Source: an uncultured beta proteobacterium (GTDB lineage Bacteria > Pseudomonadota > Gammaproteobacteria > Burkholderiales > Burkholderiaceae_E). Taken from it: 64,000 bases of DNA. A program made the translations under genes and the position numbers. Below are positions 31,927 to 39,814 of this stretch, piece after piece (the first letter of the stretch is position 1; every line of letters begins with the position of its first letter). The DNA lies in contig CAIZNI010000013.1 of assembly GCA_903934295.1 (NCBI GenBank), positions 38,888-102,887 of the forward strand, written 5' to 3'. The notes under the pieces are model-generated. The model did no database searches. It had not been told where the DNA came from and saw only the letters and a program-made list of their open reading frames with translations.

Positions 31927-33117
31927 ATGAGCCGCCGCGCCGCGATCCTGGGGTACGGTGCGGTGCCGGTGGGCACCTATCAGCGGGCCACCGAGGGCGA
32001 CCCGGTGCTCGAGCACGAGCTGGCGGTCGACGTGGTGCTCCAGGCGATGGCGATGGCCGGCCTGGGGCGCAGCGACATCGAGGGCGTGGTGGTGGCGCAC
32101 CCCGGTGACCACACCCGGCAGGGCTACTTCCACACCTTCCTGACCGCGCATCTGGGCATCCGCGCCAGCGCGACCGTGATTCAGGTGCTGGGCAACGGCA
32201 TGACGGGCGGCCATGCCTTCGACACCGCGGTGCAGCAGGTCACCAGCGGGCAGGCCGACTGCGCGCTGTCGGTCGGTGTGCATTTCGAGACCGGCGTGCC
32301 GACCGCCCGCCACCTCGACTACAGCATCCGGCTGACTGGTGATGTCGACTTCCAGTCGATCTTCGGTGCGGTGCCGATCGCCTGGTACGCGATGGACGCG
32401 CAGCGCTATCTGCACGAGCACCGCGTCGCCCGGGCCACGCTCGCCTCGATCGCGGTCAAGAATCGCGCGCACGCGGTGGCCAATCCGCTCGCGCAGTTCC
32501 GCCAGCCGATCACGCTGGACGAGGTGCTCGGCGCGCGACCGATCGTCGAGCCCTTGGGTCTGCTGGAGGTGCCCGGGCGGGCCGACGGGGCGGTGGCCCT
32601 GGTCATTGTTTCCGAGGAGATCGCGCGCGCCAGCGGGCGTCCCCATGTGCTGGTGCGCGGGCGCGGGTTCGAGCATGAAGGCCTGCACCAGACCGCCGAC
32701 TGGCCCCGCGATTCGCTGGACTACGGCACGCTGCGCGCCGCGGGCGGGCGGGCGCTGGCACAGGCCGGTATCGCGCTCGCCGACGTCGGCAGCTTCCAGG
32801 TGTACGCACCCTGCACGATCGTCGAGGCGCTGGGCACCGAGGCGCTGGGGCTTTTTCCCAGAGGGCAGGGAGCCGACGGCGCGGCCGCCGGCGAGACCCG
32901 CTTCGATGGCCGCCATCCGGTCAATACCTGCGGCGGTTGCCTGTCGCGCGGCCATCCGCCCGAGGTCACCCCGTTGTACGACGTGGTCGAGGCGGTGATG
33001 CAGCTGACCGGCCGCGCCGACGGGCGCCAGGTCGCGCGGCGCGAATTCGCGATGACGGTCTGCGAACTGGGCAACTACAACGCGGCGCTGGTGCATGTGC
33101 TGGAGGGGCGGGCATGA
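31927..33117 (+). CDS. thiolase-fold protein (SCP-x / lipid-transfer-protein type)
   Basis: Start at the ATG at 31927 (MSRRAAILGYGAVPVGTY), in the frame of track ORF 31822..33117. About 396 aa, with a C-terminal NTCGGCLSRGHP block typical of non-canonical thiolases that partner with DUF35 proteins. Confidence 0.75.
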   Translation: MSRRAAILGYGAVPVGTYQRATEGDPVLEHELAVDVVLQAMAMAGLGRSDIEGVVVAHPGDHTRQGYFHTFLTAHLGIRASATVIQVLGNGMTGGHAFDTAVQQVTSGQADCALSVGVHFETGVPTARHLDYSIRLTGDVDFQSIFGAVPIAWYAMDAQRYLHEHRVARATLASIAVKNRAHAVANPLAQFRQPITLDEVLGARPIVEPLGLLEVPGRADGAVALVIVSEEIARASGRPHVLVRGRGFEHEGLHQTADWPRDSLDYGTLRAAGGRALAQAGIALADVGSFQVYAPCTIVEALGTEALGLFPRGQGADGAAAGETRFDGRHPVNTCGGCLSRGHPPEVTPLYDVVEAVMQLTGRADGRQVARREFAMTVCELGNYNAALVHVLEGRA

Positions 33118-33221
33118 GCGGCGAGTCCGAGGTGCCGATGAGCGGCTTGCCCGCGGTGCCGATGAGCGGACTGTCCGCGGTGCCGATGATCGGCCTGCCG
33201 GAGGTGCCAATGAGCGGACCG
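33114..33221 (+). repeat. 24-bp x4.5 tandem repeat, each unit starting with ATGA(G/T)CGG
   Basis: Unit starts at 33114, 33138, 33162, 33186 and 33210, for example ATGAGCGGCTTGCCCGCGGTGCCG. They encode MSGESEVP/MSGLPAVP/MSGLSAVP/MIGLPEVP/MSGP... Confidence 0.9.
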
Positions 33222-33656
33222 CGGCCGTTTCCCCCGCGGGTGTCGGCGTTCACCCGGCCGTTCTGGGACGCGCTGGATCAGGGGCGGCTGATGACCACGC
33301 GGTGCGCCGGCTGCGCCACCGTCGGCTTTCCGCCGCGCAACCTGTGCCGGTCCTGCTGGGGTCGCGAGTTGCCCTGGATCCCGCTGGCGGGTCGCGGCAC
33401 GCTCTACAGCTTCACGCGGGTGCATGTCGCGCCGGGGGCCTTTCGTGGCGACACGCCGTATGCGATCGGCATCGTCGATCTGGCCGACGGCCCGCGGCTG
33501 ATGTGCCGGATGATCGGCGAGGTGTCGACTGCGGATCTGGACGGACCGGTCGAGATGGTGGTGCTGCGCTATGAGGACGGGCCGCTGTTCGGCGCACGTG
33601 TCCGGACCGGGGCGAGCGCACCGCCCGGGGCCCCGACCGACCGGACGCCGGCGTGA
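33114..33656 (+). CDS. DUF35 OB-fold / zinc-ribbon protein (thiolase partner)
   Basis: FTRPFWDALDQGRLMTTRCAGCATVGFPPRNLCRSCWGRELPWIPLAGRGTLYSFTRVH is the DUF35 Zn-ribbon plus OB-fold signature. The first ATG (33114) overlaps the thiolase stop (ATGA). Four further in-frame ATGs follow in a 24-bp repeat, and the ancestral start is probably the last one (33210). Confidence 0.8.
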   Translation: MSGESEVPMSGLPAVPMSGLSAVPMIGLPEVPMSGPRPFPPRVSAFTRPFWDALDQGRLMTTRCAGCATVGFPPRNLCRSCWGRELPWIPLAGRGTLYSFTRVHVAPGAFRGDTPYAIGIVDLADGPRLMCRMIGEVSTADLDGPVEMVVLRYEDGPLFGARVRTGASAPPGAPTDRTPA

Positions 33657-34249
33657 GGTCCCTGAGCTTCAGTCCGGCGGCCGAGCGCAACCGGGCGCCG
33701 ATCCTCGAGGCGCTGCAGCGTCTGCTGCCGCCCGAGTGCCGGGTGCTGGAGATTGCCAGCGGCACCGGCCAGCACGCGGCTCATTTTGGCGGCGCCCAGT
33801 CGCGGTGGGAATGGCAGCCCTCCGATCGGCCCGGGTCGGATTTCGAGTCGATCGATGCACGCTGCGCCGACCTGTCGGCGGTGCGCCCGGCCATTGCGCT
33901 GGATGTGCTGCAGGAGCCCTGGCCGGTCGCTGCTTCCTTCGATGCGGTCTATTGCGCCAACCTGCTGCACATCTCGCCCTGGGCGACCTGCCCGGCGCTG
34001 ATGCGCGGAGCCGCGGCCTGCCTGGCGCCGGGGGGTGTGCTGCTGGTGTACGGACCGTTCCTGATTGATGGCGCGCCGGTTGCGCCGGGCAATCAGGCCT
34101 TCGATGCCGATCTGCGCGCGCGGGATCCCGACTGGGGACTGCGTCGGCTCGCGGCGGTACAGGCGCAGGCCCAGGCTGCGGGCCTCGCGCCAGGCGAGGT
34201 GCTCAGCCTGCCGGCAAACAATTGTCTGGTGGTGTTCAGGGTCGGGTGA
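33653..34249 (+). CDS. DUF938-family protein (class I SAM-dependent methyltransferase fold)
   Basis: 198 aa. SFSPAAERNRAPILEALQRLLPPECRVLEIASGTGQHAAHF is the characteristic DUF938 N-terminus with the SAM-binding G-x-G motif. The GTG start overlaps the DUF35 stop. Confidence 0.75.
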   Translation: MRSLSFSPAAERNRAPILEALQRLLPPECRVLEIASGTGQHAAHFGGAQSRWEWQPSDRPGSDFESIDARCADLSAVRPAIALDVLQEPWPVAASFDAVYCANLLHISPWATCPALMRGAAACLAPGGVLLVYGPFLIDGAPVAPGNQAFDADLRARDPDWGLRRLAAVQAQAQAAGLAPGEVLSLPANNCLVVFRVG

Positions 34250-34282
34250 GGGTCAGGCGAGGGTCGGGTGAGGGACGGGAGA
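34239..34282 (+). repeat. 11-bp x4 tandem repeat beginning on the last codons and stop of the DUF938 gene
   Basis: GGGTCGGGTGA / GGGTCAGGCGA / GGGTCGGGTGA / GGGACGGGAGA. Unit 1 contains the TGA stop at 34247-34249. Confidence 0.85.
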
Positions 34283-34360
34283 CGAAAACCGCCCCGTCCG
34301 GCGAGTCGCCGCGACCGGTCGTCGCCGCCCGCGCGCCGGGTCGCACGATTCCCCAGCAGG

Positions 34361-34996
34361 ATGACGCTCGTGTCGTCATTCGATCCTTCCGATCGCGGGG
34401 AGCCTGTCTTGAGCAGCGGAATCGTCATTGCCCTTCTGGCCGCGCTGGCCTTCTGGCTGGTGAGCGTCTACAACGGCCTGGTCACCTTGCGCAACCGTTA
34501 CCGCAACGCGTTCGCGCAGATCGATGTGCAGCTCAAGCGCCGCCACGACCTGATCCCCAACCTCATCGAGACGGCCAAGGGCTTCATGGCGCACGAACGC
34601 GCCACTTTCGAAGCGGTGGTCCAGGCCCGCAACCGGGCGGTGCAGGCCGGCGCCGCCGCGAGCGCGCAGCCGGGCGACGCCAACGCCATGCAGGCGCTGG
34701 TGCAGGCCGAAAGCGCGCTCGGTGGGACGCTCGGACGGCTGTTCGCGCTGTCGGAGGCCTATCCGGAGCTGAAGTCCGACCAGAACATGCTCGGCCTCCA
34801 GGAAGAGCTCGGCAGCACCGAAAACCGCATCGCCTTTGCCCGGCAGGCCTTCAATGACGAGGTCACCGAATACAACACGCGCCGCGAGGTGTTCCCCGAC
34901 CGGCTGTTCACCGGCGTGTTCGGTTTCGAGCCCGCCAACCTGATGGCCGCCACCGAGTCTGCCGATGAACGTCAGCCGGTGAAGGTGAGCTTCTAG
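34361..34996 (+). CDS. lemA: LemA-family membrane protein
   Basis: One N-terminal TM segment, then VYNGLVTLRNRYRNAFAQIDVQLKRRHDLIPNLIETAKGFMAHERATFEAVVQARN, the LemA signature. The start is placed at the ATG at 34361 within track ORF 34268..34996 and is uncertain. Confidence 0.85.
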   Translation: MTLVSSFDPSDRGEPVLSSGIVIALLAALAFWLVSVYNGLVTLRNRYRNAFAQIDVQLKRRHDLIPNLIETAKGFMAHERATFEAVVQARNRAVQAGAAASAQPGDANAMQALVQAESALGGTLGRLFALSEAYPELKSDQNMLGLQEELGSTENRIAFARQAFNDEVTEYNTRREVFPDRLFTGVFGFEPANLMAATESADERQPVKVSF

Positions 34997-35024
34997 GTCC
35001 CTGGTTCTGTCGGAAGGGCGAGCG

Positions 35025-36191
35025 ATGAGCTTCACCGGTACGCAGGCGCGCGCGCGCCGTGTCAGCCGCCGGCTGATCCTTCTGCTCGTGCTCGGCCTGG
35101 TCGCGATGACGGTGACGACGGTCGTCGTGACGCTGCCGTTCCTGTTCTTCAGCTACCCCTTAGTGGTCAAAAACGTCAACGTCGCGTCCGATCTGGAACA
35201 GGCCGTCTTCCTGCTGGCGTGGATCGTGGGGGGCGCGCTGCTGCTGCCGTTGCTGGCGCTGCTGGCGAGCCTGCTCGAGGTCTGGCGTCTGTCCTCGGGG
35301 GGGCAGGTGGTGGCCGAGCGCATCGCTGCCCGTCGCGTGGCGCCCGACGCAGTCGATTCCCTGGAGCGGCGCCTGTTCAATGTGGTTCAGGAAATGTCGA
35401 TCGCCTCGGGTGTCCCGATGCCTTCGGTCTGGGTCATGGACGCGGAAGACGGGATCAACGCGTTCGTCGCCGGCCATGATGCCGGCGACTCGGTGATGGT
35501 GGTGACCCGTGGCGCGTTGCGCGCCCTGAATCGCGACGAACTGCAGGCCGTCATCGGTCACGAGTTCAGTCACCTGCTCAACGGTGACTGCCGGTTGAAC
35601 ATCCGGATGCTTGCCGCGCTCGCCGGTATCGAGTTTCTCGGCAAGGTATCTGTGATCTTTATCTGGCCCTTCTCCGAGGTCGAGGGCTCGCTGCGGCACA
35701 AGCTCGGGTTTTTCCTGTGGTGGTATGTCTTTATACCGGTGGGCTGGCTCTTCTTGCTGGCCGGGTTGCTGTTGTGGCAGGTCGGCGCGGTGGGGCGCTT
35801 TTTTGCCCGGCTGATCAAGGCGTCCTTGTCGCGTCAGCGGGAGTTTCTCGCTGACGCCTCCAGCGTGCAGTTCACCCGCAATCCGTTGGCCCTCGCGGGT
35901 GCGTTGGCGCGAATCGAGGCCAGCGGCCAGGGCACGCTGATCCGTCACCGGTACGCCGCTGCGATGTCGCACCTGTTCTTCGGTCAGGCGGTGACGGTCT
36001 GGTGGCGCTGGCTCTTCGCCACTCACCCGACGCTGGGCGAGCGAATCAGCCTTGCCTGCCCGGGTTTCGACGCGCAGGCCTATCTGCGGCAGCGCAGTGC
36101 CGACAGCCTCGGCGATCAGGCGGCGACGCGAAAGCCGATGTTGCCGGCTGAACTGTCCGGCGAATTCGAATGGCGCGCAGCCACCCGATAG
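35025..36191 (+). CDS. M48-family (HtpX-like) membrane metallopeptidase, LemA-associated; possibly 3'-truncated
   Basis: 388 aa. TM segments, HEXXH (IGHEFSHLLNGD) and the downstream conserved FATHPTLGERI. The last 25 codons are antisense to the conserved C-terminus of the convergent FGE gene. Confidence 0.7.
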   Translation: MSFTGTQARARRVSRRLILLLVLGLVAMTVTTVVVTLPFLFFSYPLVVKNVNVASDLEQAVFLLAWIVGGALLLPLLALLASLLEVWRLSSGGQVVAERIAARRVAPDAVDSLERRLFNVVQEMSIASGVPMPSVWVMDAEDGINAFVAGHDAGDSVMVVTRGALRALNRDELQAVIGHEFSHLLNGDCRLNIRMLAALAGIEFLGKVSVIFIWPFSEVEGSLRHKLGFFLWWYVFIPVGWLFLLAGLLLWQVGAVGRFFARLIKASLSRQREFLADASSVQFTRNPLALAGALARIEASGQGTLIRHRYAAAMSHLFFGQAVTVWWRWLFATHPTLGERISLACPGFDAQAYLRQRSADSLGDQAATRKPMLPAELSGEFEWRAATR

Positions 36192-37096
36192 CGGTTGCAG
36201 TACGAGTCGTGGCACAGGAATGAGCCCCCGCGCATCGAGCGCCGGCCGGTGGGCTGGCTGAACAGCGGATCGCGGGCGGCGGTGGCCTGGTGATAGCGCG
36301 GGCTGTACCAGTCCTCGCACCATTCCCAGACGTTGCCGCACAGGTTGTACAGGCCGTACCCGTTGGGCTCGCCCGACAGGGCGGCGATCGGAGCGGGCGC
36401 CCAGCCCGGCGCTGGCGCGTTCGGAAACTCGCCGCGCCAGACCTGGCAGCGCGGCACGCCGTCGCGCATCAGTTCGTCGCCCCAGGCGAAGCGTTGCCCT
36501 TCCAGGCCGCCGCGCGCGGCGCACTCCCACTGGGCTTCGGTCGGCAGACGCACCTGTGCCCAGTCGCAGTAGGCCAGGGCATCGTTCCACGAGACATGCA
36601 CCACCGGATGGTCGGGCCGCTCGCGCAGGTGCGAGCCCGGGCCCTCGGGGCGCTGCCAGCAGGCATCTTCCACCGGTACCCACCACGGCAGGCCGGCAGC
36701 GACCTGCCGGGCTGCGTCGCGCGGCGCCTGTGCCAGTTGCCGGTAGAAGACGAACGAGCTCCCGTGACGTTCCGCGTCGGTGATGTAACGGGTCGCGCGC
36801 ACGAACTCGGCGAACTCGCGATTCGTCACGGTGGCTGGCGCGATGGCGAAGGCCGAGACCGACACCGGACGCGCCGGGCCTTCGCCATCGCCGGCGACCG
36901 CATCGCTGGCGTCGTTGCCCATCGTGAAGCGCGAGGCGGGGATCGGGACCAGACGGCTGCGCAGCGACCCTGCGGACGGGTTCGCCGGGTCGCTGTGCGG
37001 CGCTGCTGCACCGCGCGGGGACGAGGACGGCGGGCGCTCGGTGGCAGGGTTGCGCCTCGCAGCCGGCCCGTCGCCCTCCGGTGTGCAGCAGCTCAT
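36116..37096 (-). CDS. formylglycine-generating enzyme (FGE/SUMF1 family)
   Basis: 326 aa. LVPIPASRFTMGND..., NVWEWCEDWYSPRYH and RGGSFLCHDSYCNRYRVAARHSNSPDSSAGNIGFRVA are classic FGE-sulfatase domain blocks. No signal peptide. The N-terminal ~55 aa are Pro/Ser/Ala-rich. Confidence 0.88.
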   Translation of the reverse strand: MSCCTPEGDGPAARRNPATERPPSSSPRGAAAPHSDPANPSAGSLRSRLVPIPASRFTMGNDASDAVAGDGEGPARPVSVSAFAIAPATVTNREFAEFVRATRYITDAERHGSSFVFYRQLAQAPRDAARQVAAGLPWWVPVEDACWQRPEGPGSHLRERPDHPVVHVSWNDALAYCDWAQVRLPTEAQWECAARGGLEGQRFAWGDELMRDGVPRCQVWRGEFPNAPAPGWAPAPIAALSGEPNGYGLYNLCGNVWEWCEDWYSPRYHQATAARDPLFSQPTGRRSMRGGSFLCHDSYCNRYRVAARHSNSPDSSAGNIGFRVAA

Positions 37097-37101
37097 CGCG
37101 G

Positions 37102-38730
37102 TCAGGTCTGGGGCTTTTCCCAGAAGGCGCGGGTGACGCCCTGGCCCTTCATCAGCTCGAGGATCTGCTCGCGCGGAATCACTCCGCAGCGCGCGGCCCA
37201 GGCGTCGTACTGCGCCGCCATGTCGGCCACCCGTTGCGGGTGTTGTGCCGCGATGTCGTGCAACTCGGTGCGATCGGCATCCAGGTCATAAAGTTCCCAG
37301 GCCTGAGGGTAGTTGCGCACCAGCTTCCACGGGCCGATGCGCACCGCGGCGTTGCCTTCGTGTTCCCAGAACATCGGCCCGCGTGCGGGCAGTTCACCGG
37401 TGAAGGCCGGGACCAGCGACTGGCCTTCCAGCGGCGCGATCGCGTGGCCGTCGAGCGTGGCCGGATACTCGGTGCCGGTCAGGTCGAGGACGGTCGCCAT
37501 GATGTCGGGCAGGTAGCCGGGCGTGTGCCGGATCGCGCCCTTGTCGGTGATGCCCTGAGGCCAGTGGACGATCAACGGCGTCGAGATGCCGCCTTCATGG
37601 ATCCAGTGCTTGTACAGGCGAAACGGTGTGTTCGACAGATTGGCCCAGGCCGGTCCGTAGCTCTGGTAGGTGTTTTCCGGCCCCGGCATGCGGTTGGTGT
37701 CGTTGCCGAAATGCACCGGCTCGCCGGTGCGGGTGTGCGAGCGCGCGATCATCAGCTTGTCGACCAGCTCGTCGATGGTCACGCCTTCGGGAATGTCTTC
37801 CGCGCAGGCACCGTTGTCGGCGAGGAAGAGAATGATGGTGTTCTCGAGCTGCCCGTTGCGGCGCAGCGATTCGACGATGCGCCCGATGCCCTGGTCCATC
37901 CGGTCGATCTGCGCCGCATAGACCTCCATGCAGCGCAGCAGCCACGCCTTGTGCTCGGCCTGGGTCCAGGGCGGCTGGCTGGGATCGCGCTCGGTCAGCT
38001 TCCAGGCGGGGTCGAGCAGTCCGGATTGCACCAGCTTCTCGAGCCGCTCGGTGCGCAGGTCGTCCCAGCCCTTGTCGAAGCGGCCCTTGTAGCGGGCGAT
38101 GTCGTCTTCATGCGCGTGCAGCGGCCAGTGCGGCGCGGTGTAGGCGACGTAGGTGAAGAAGGGCGTGTCGGGGGTTTTCTGCTGGTGCTGGTCGATGAAC
38201 GCCACCGCCTGATCGCTGATGGCATCGGTGTAGAAGAACGACGGGTCGGCCTTGGCCTCGTGCTCGATGTTCTCGTTGCCGCGGGTCAGCGTGTTGGGGT
38301 CGTAGAAGCTGCCGGCGCCGATGATCGTGCCGTAGAACTCGTCGAAGCCACGCTGCAGCGGCCAGGTGTCGGTGGGTCGGGTGAGGCTGCTCGCGACGTG
38401 CCACTTGCCGCTCATGTAGGTGCGGTAGCCGCTGGTCTTGAGCGCCTGCGCGATGGTCACGCAGCGGTGGTTCAGGTTGCCCGCATAGCCCTCGGGGCCG
38501 GAGTCGTAGGTGAGGATGCCGACGCCGGTCTGGTGCGGGTGCAGCCCGGTCAGCATCGAGGCACGCGAGGGGCTGCAGCGCGCGGTGTTGTAGAACTGCG
38601 AGAAGCGCAGTCCGTCGGCCGCGAGCCGATCGAGGTTGGGGGTGTCGATCTCGCCGCCGTAGCAGCCGATGTCGGAATACCCCATGTCGTCGTTCAGGAT
38701 CAGCACGACATTCGGCTTGTTGTTTTTCAT
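37102..38730 (-). CDS. Cys-type arylsulfatase-family sulfatase (no signal peptide)
   Basis: VVLILNDDMGYSDIG and the FGly target motif CSPSRASMLTG (C-x-P-x-R). The start is placed at the ATG at 38730 (MKNNKPNVV). The track's longer ORF uses a TTG at 38754. Confidence 0.88.
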   Translation of the reverse strand: MKNNKPNVVLILNDDMGYSDIGCYGGEIDTPNLDRLAADGLRFSQFYNTARCSPSRASMLTGLHPHQTGVGILTYDSGPEGYAGNLNHRCVTIAQALKTSGYRTYMSGKWHVASSLTRPTDTWPLQRGFDEFYGTIIGAGSFYDPNTLTRGNENIEHEAKADPSFFYTDAISDQAVAFIDQHQQKTPDTPFFTYVAYTAPHWPLHAHEDDIARYKGRFDKGWDDLRTERLEKLVQSGLLDPAWKLTERDPSQPPWTQAEHKAWLLRCMEVYAAQIDRMDQGIGRIVESLRRNGQLENTIILFLADNGACAEDIPEGVTIDELVDKLMIARSHTRTGEPVHFGNDTNRMPGPENTYQSYGPAWANLSNTPFRLYKHWIHEGGISTPLIVHWPQGITDKGAIRHTPGYLPDIMATVLDLTGTEYPATLDGHAIAPLEGQSLVPAFTGELPARGPMFWEHEGNAAVRIGPWKLVRNYPQAWELYDLDADRTELHDIAAQHPQRVADMAAQYDAWAARCGVIPREQILELMKGQGVTRAFWEKPQT

Positions 38731-38761
38731 GGTGGTTGCCTGTCGGGTTTGCAAAGAAGGG

Positions 38762-39814
38762 TCAGAGCCGCTCGCCGGTGCCGCGGTCGAACAGGTGCGC
38801 GGCCTCGGGGGCGAAAGTCAGGAACACCGGCTGTCCTTCCTGGACGGCCGGCAGGCGCTCGCTCTTGAGCTTGAGCATTCGATCGTTGGCGATGAAGCTG
38901 ACGATGCAGCTGTCGCCGAGGTCTTCGACCCGCGCCACCTGCGCGGGCAGACCGTGATCGCCAATGCGCAGGTCGGCGGGCCGCACGCCCAGCGTCACCG
39001 CGCGCGCGCCGGCGCTGGCGCGGCCGACGGCGAGCGGATGCTCGGCCACGGTCACCGTGCCGTCCTGCCAGGCGCCTTCGAGCAGGTTCATCGGGGGCGT
39101 GCCGATGAAGCCGGCGACCGCCACGGTGTGCGGGGTGGCGAACACCTCGCGCGGCGTGCCTACCTGGACGATGCGCCCGTCCATGAACACCGCGATCCGG
39201 TCGGCCAGGGTCATCGCTTCCTCCTGGTCGTGGGTGACGTAGACGGTGGTCACCCCGAGCGCGCGCTGCAGCGCGTGCAACTCGAGCCGGGTTTCCAGAC
39301 GCAGCTTGGCGTCGAGGTTGGACAGCGGCTCGTCGAGCAGGAACAGGCGCGGCTGGCGAACGATCGCGCGCGCCAGCGCGCAGCGCTGCTGCTGCCCGCC
39401 GGACAGCTGGCCGGGCGTGCGGGCCAGCAGGTGGCCGATCCCGACCCGGTCGGCGGCCTGCGCGACCGCCTGCGCGATTGCGCTCGGTGTTGCGCCGACC
39501 ATCTTCAGCGGGAACCCGATGTTCTGCGCCACCGTCATGTGCGGATACAGCGCATAGCTCTGGAACACCATCGCGACATCGCGCGCACCGGGCTCCAGCG
39601 TGGTGACATCGAGCCCGTCCATGGCGACCCGGCCCGCGCTGACCGACTCGAGTCCGGCCAGGATGCGCAGCGTGGTCGTCTTGCCCGAGCCCGAGGGCCC
39701 CAGCAGCACGAAGAACTCGCCGGGTTCGATCGCCAGGTCGATGCCGTGCAGCACCGTGGTCACGCCATGGCGCTTGACCACGCCACCGAGTTCGATTCTT
39801 GCGGACGCGCTCAT
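38762..39814 (-). CDS. ABC transporter ATP-binding protein (MalK/UgpC-type, carbohydrate-uptake family)
   Basis: 350 aa. Walker A GPSGSGKTT, signature LSGGQQQR, Walker B LFLLDEP and a C-terminal MalK-like regulatory/OB domain. Confidence 0.9.
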   Translation of the reverse strand: MSASARIELGGVVKRHGVTTVLHGIDLAIEPGEFFVLLGPSGSGKTTTLRILAGLESVSAGRVAMDGLDVTTLEPGARDVAMVFQSYALYPHMTVAQNIGFPLKMVGATPSAIAQAVAQAADRVGIGHLLARTPGQLSGGQQQRCALARAIVRQPRLFLLDEPLSNLDAKLRLETRLELHALQRALGVTTVYVTHDQEEAMTLADRIAVFMDGRIVQVGTPREVFATPHTVAVAGFIGTPPMNLLEGAWQDGTVTVAEHPLAVGRASAGARAVTLGVRPADLRIGDHGLPAQVARVEDLGDSCIVSFIANDRMLKLKSERLPAVQEGQPVFLTFAPEAAHLFDRGTGERL

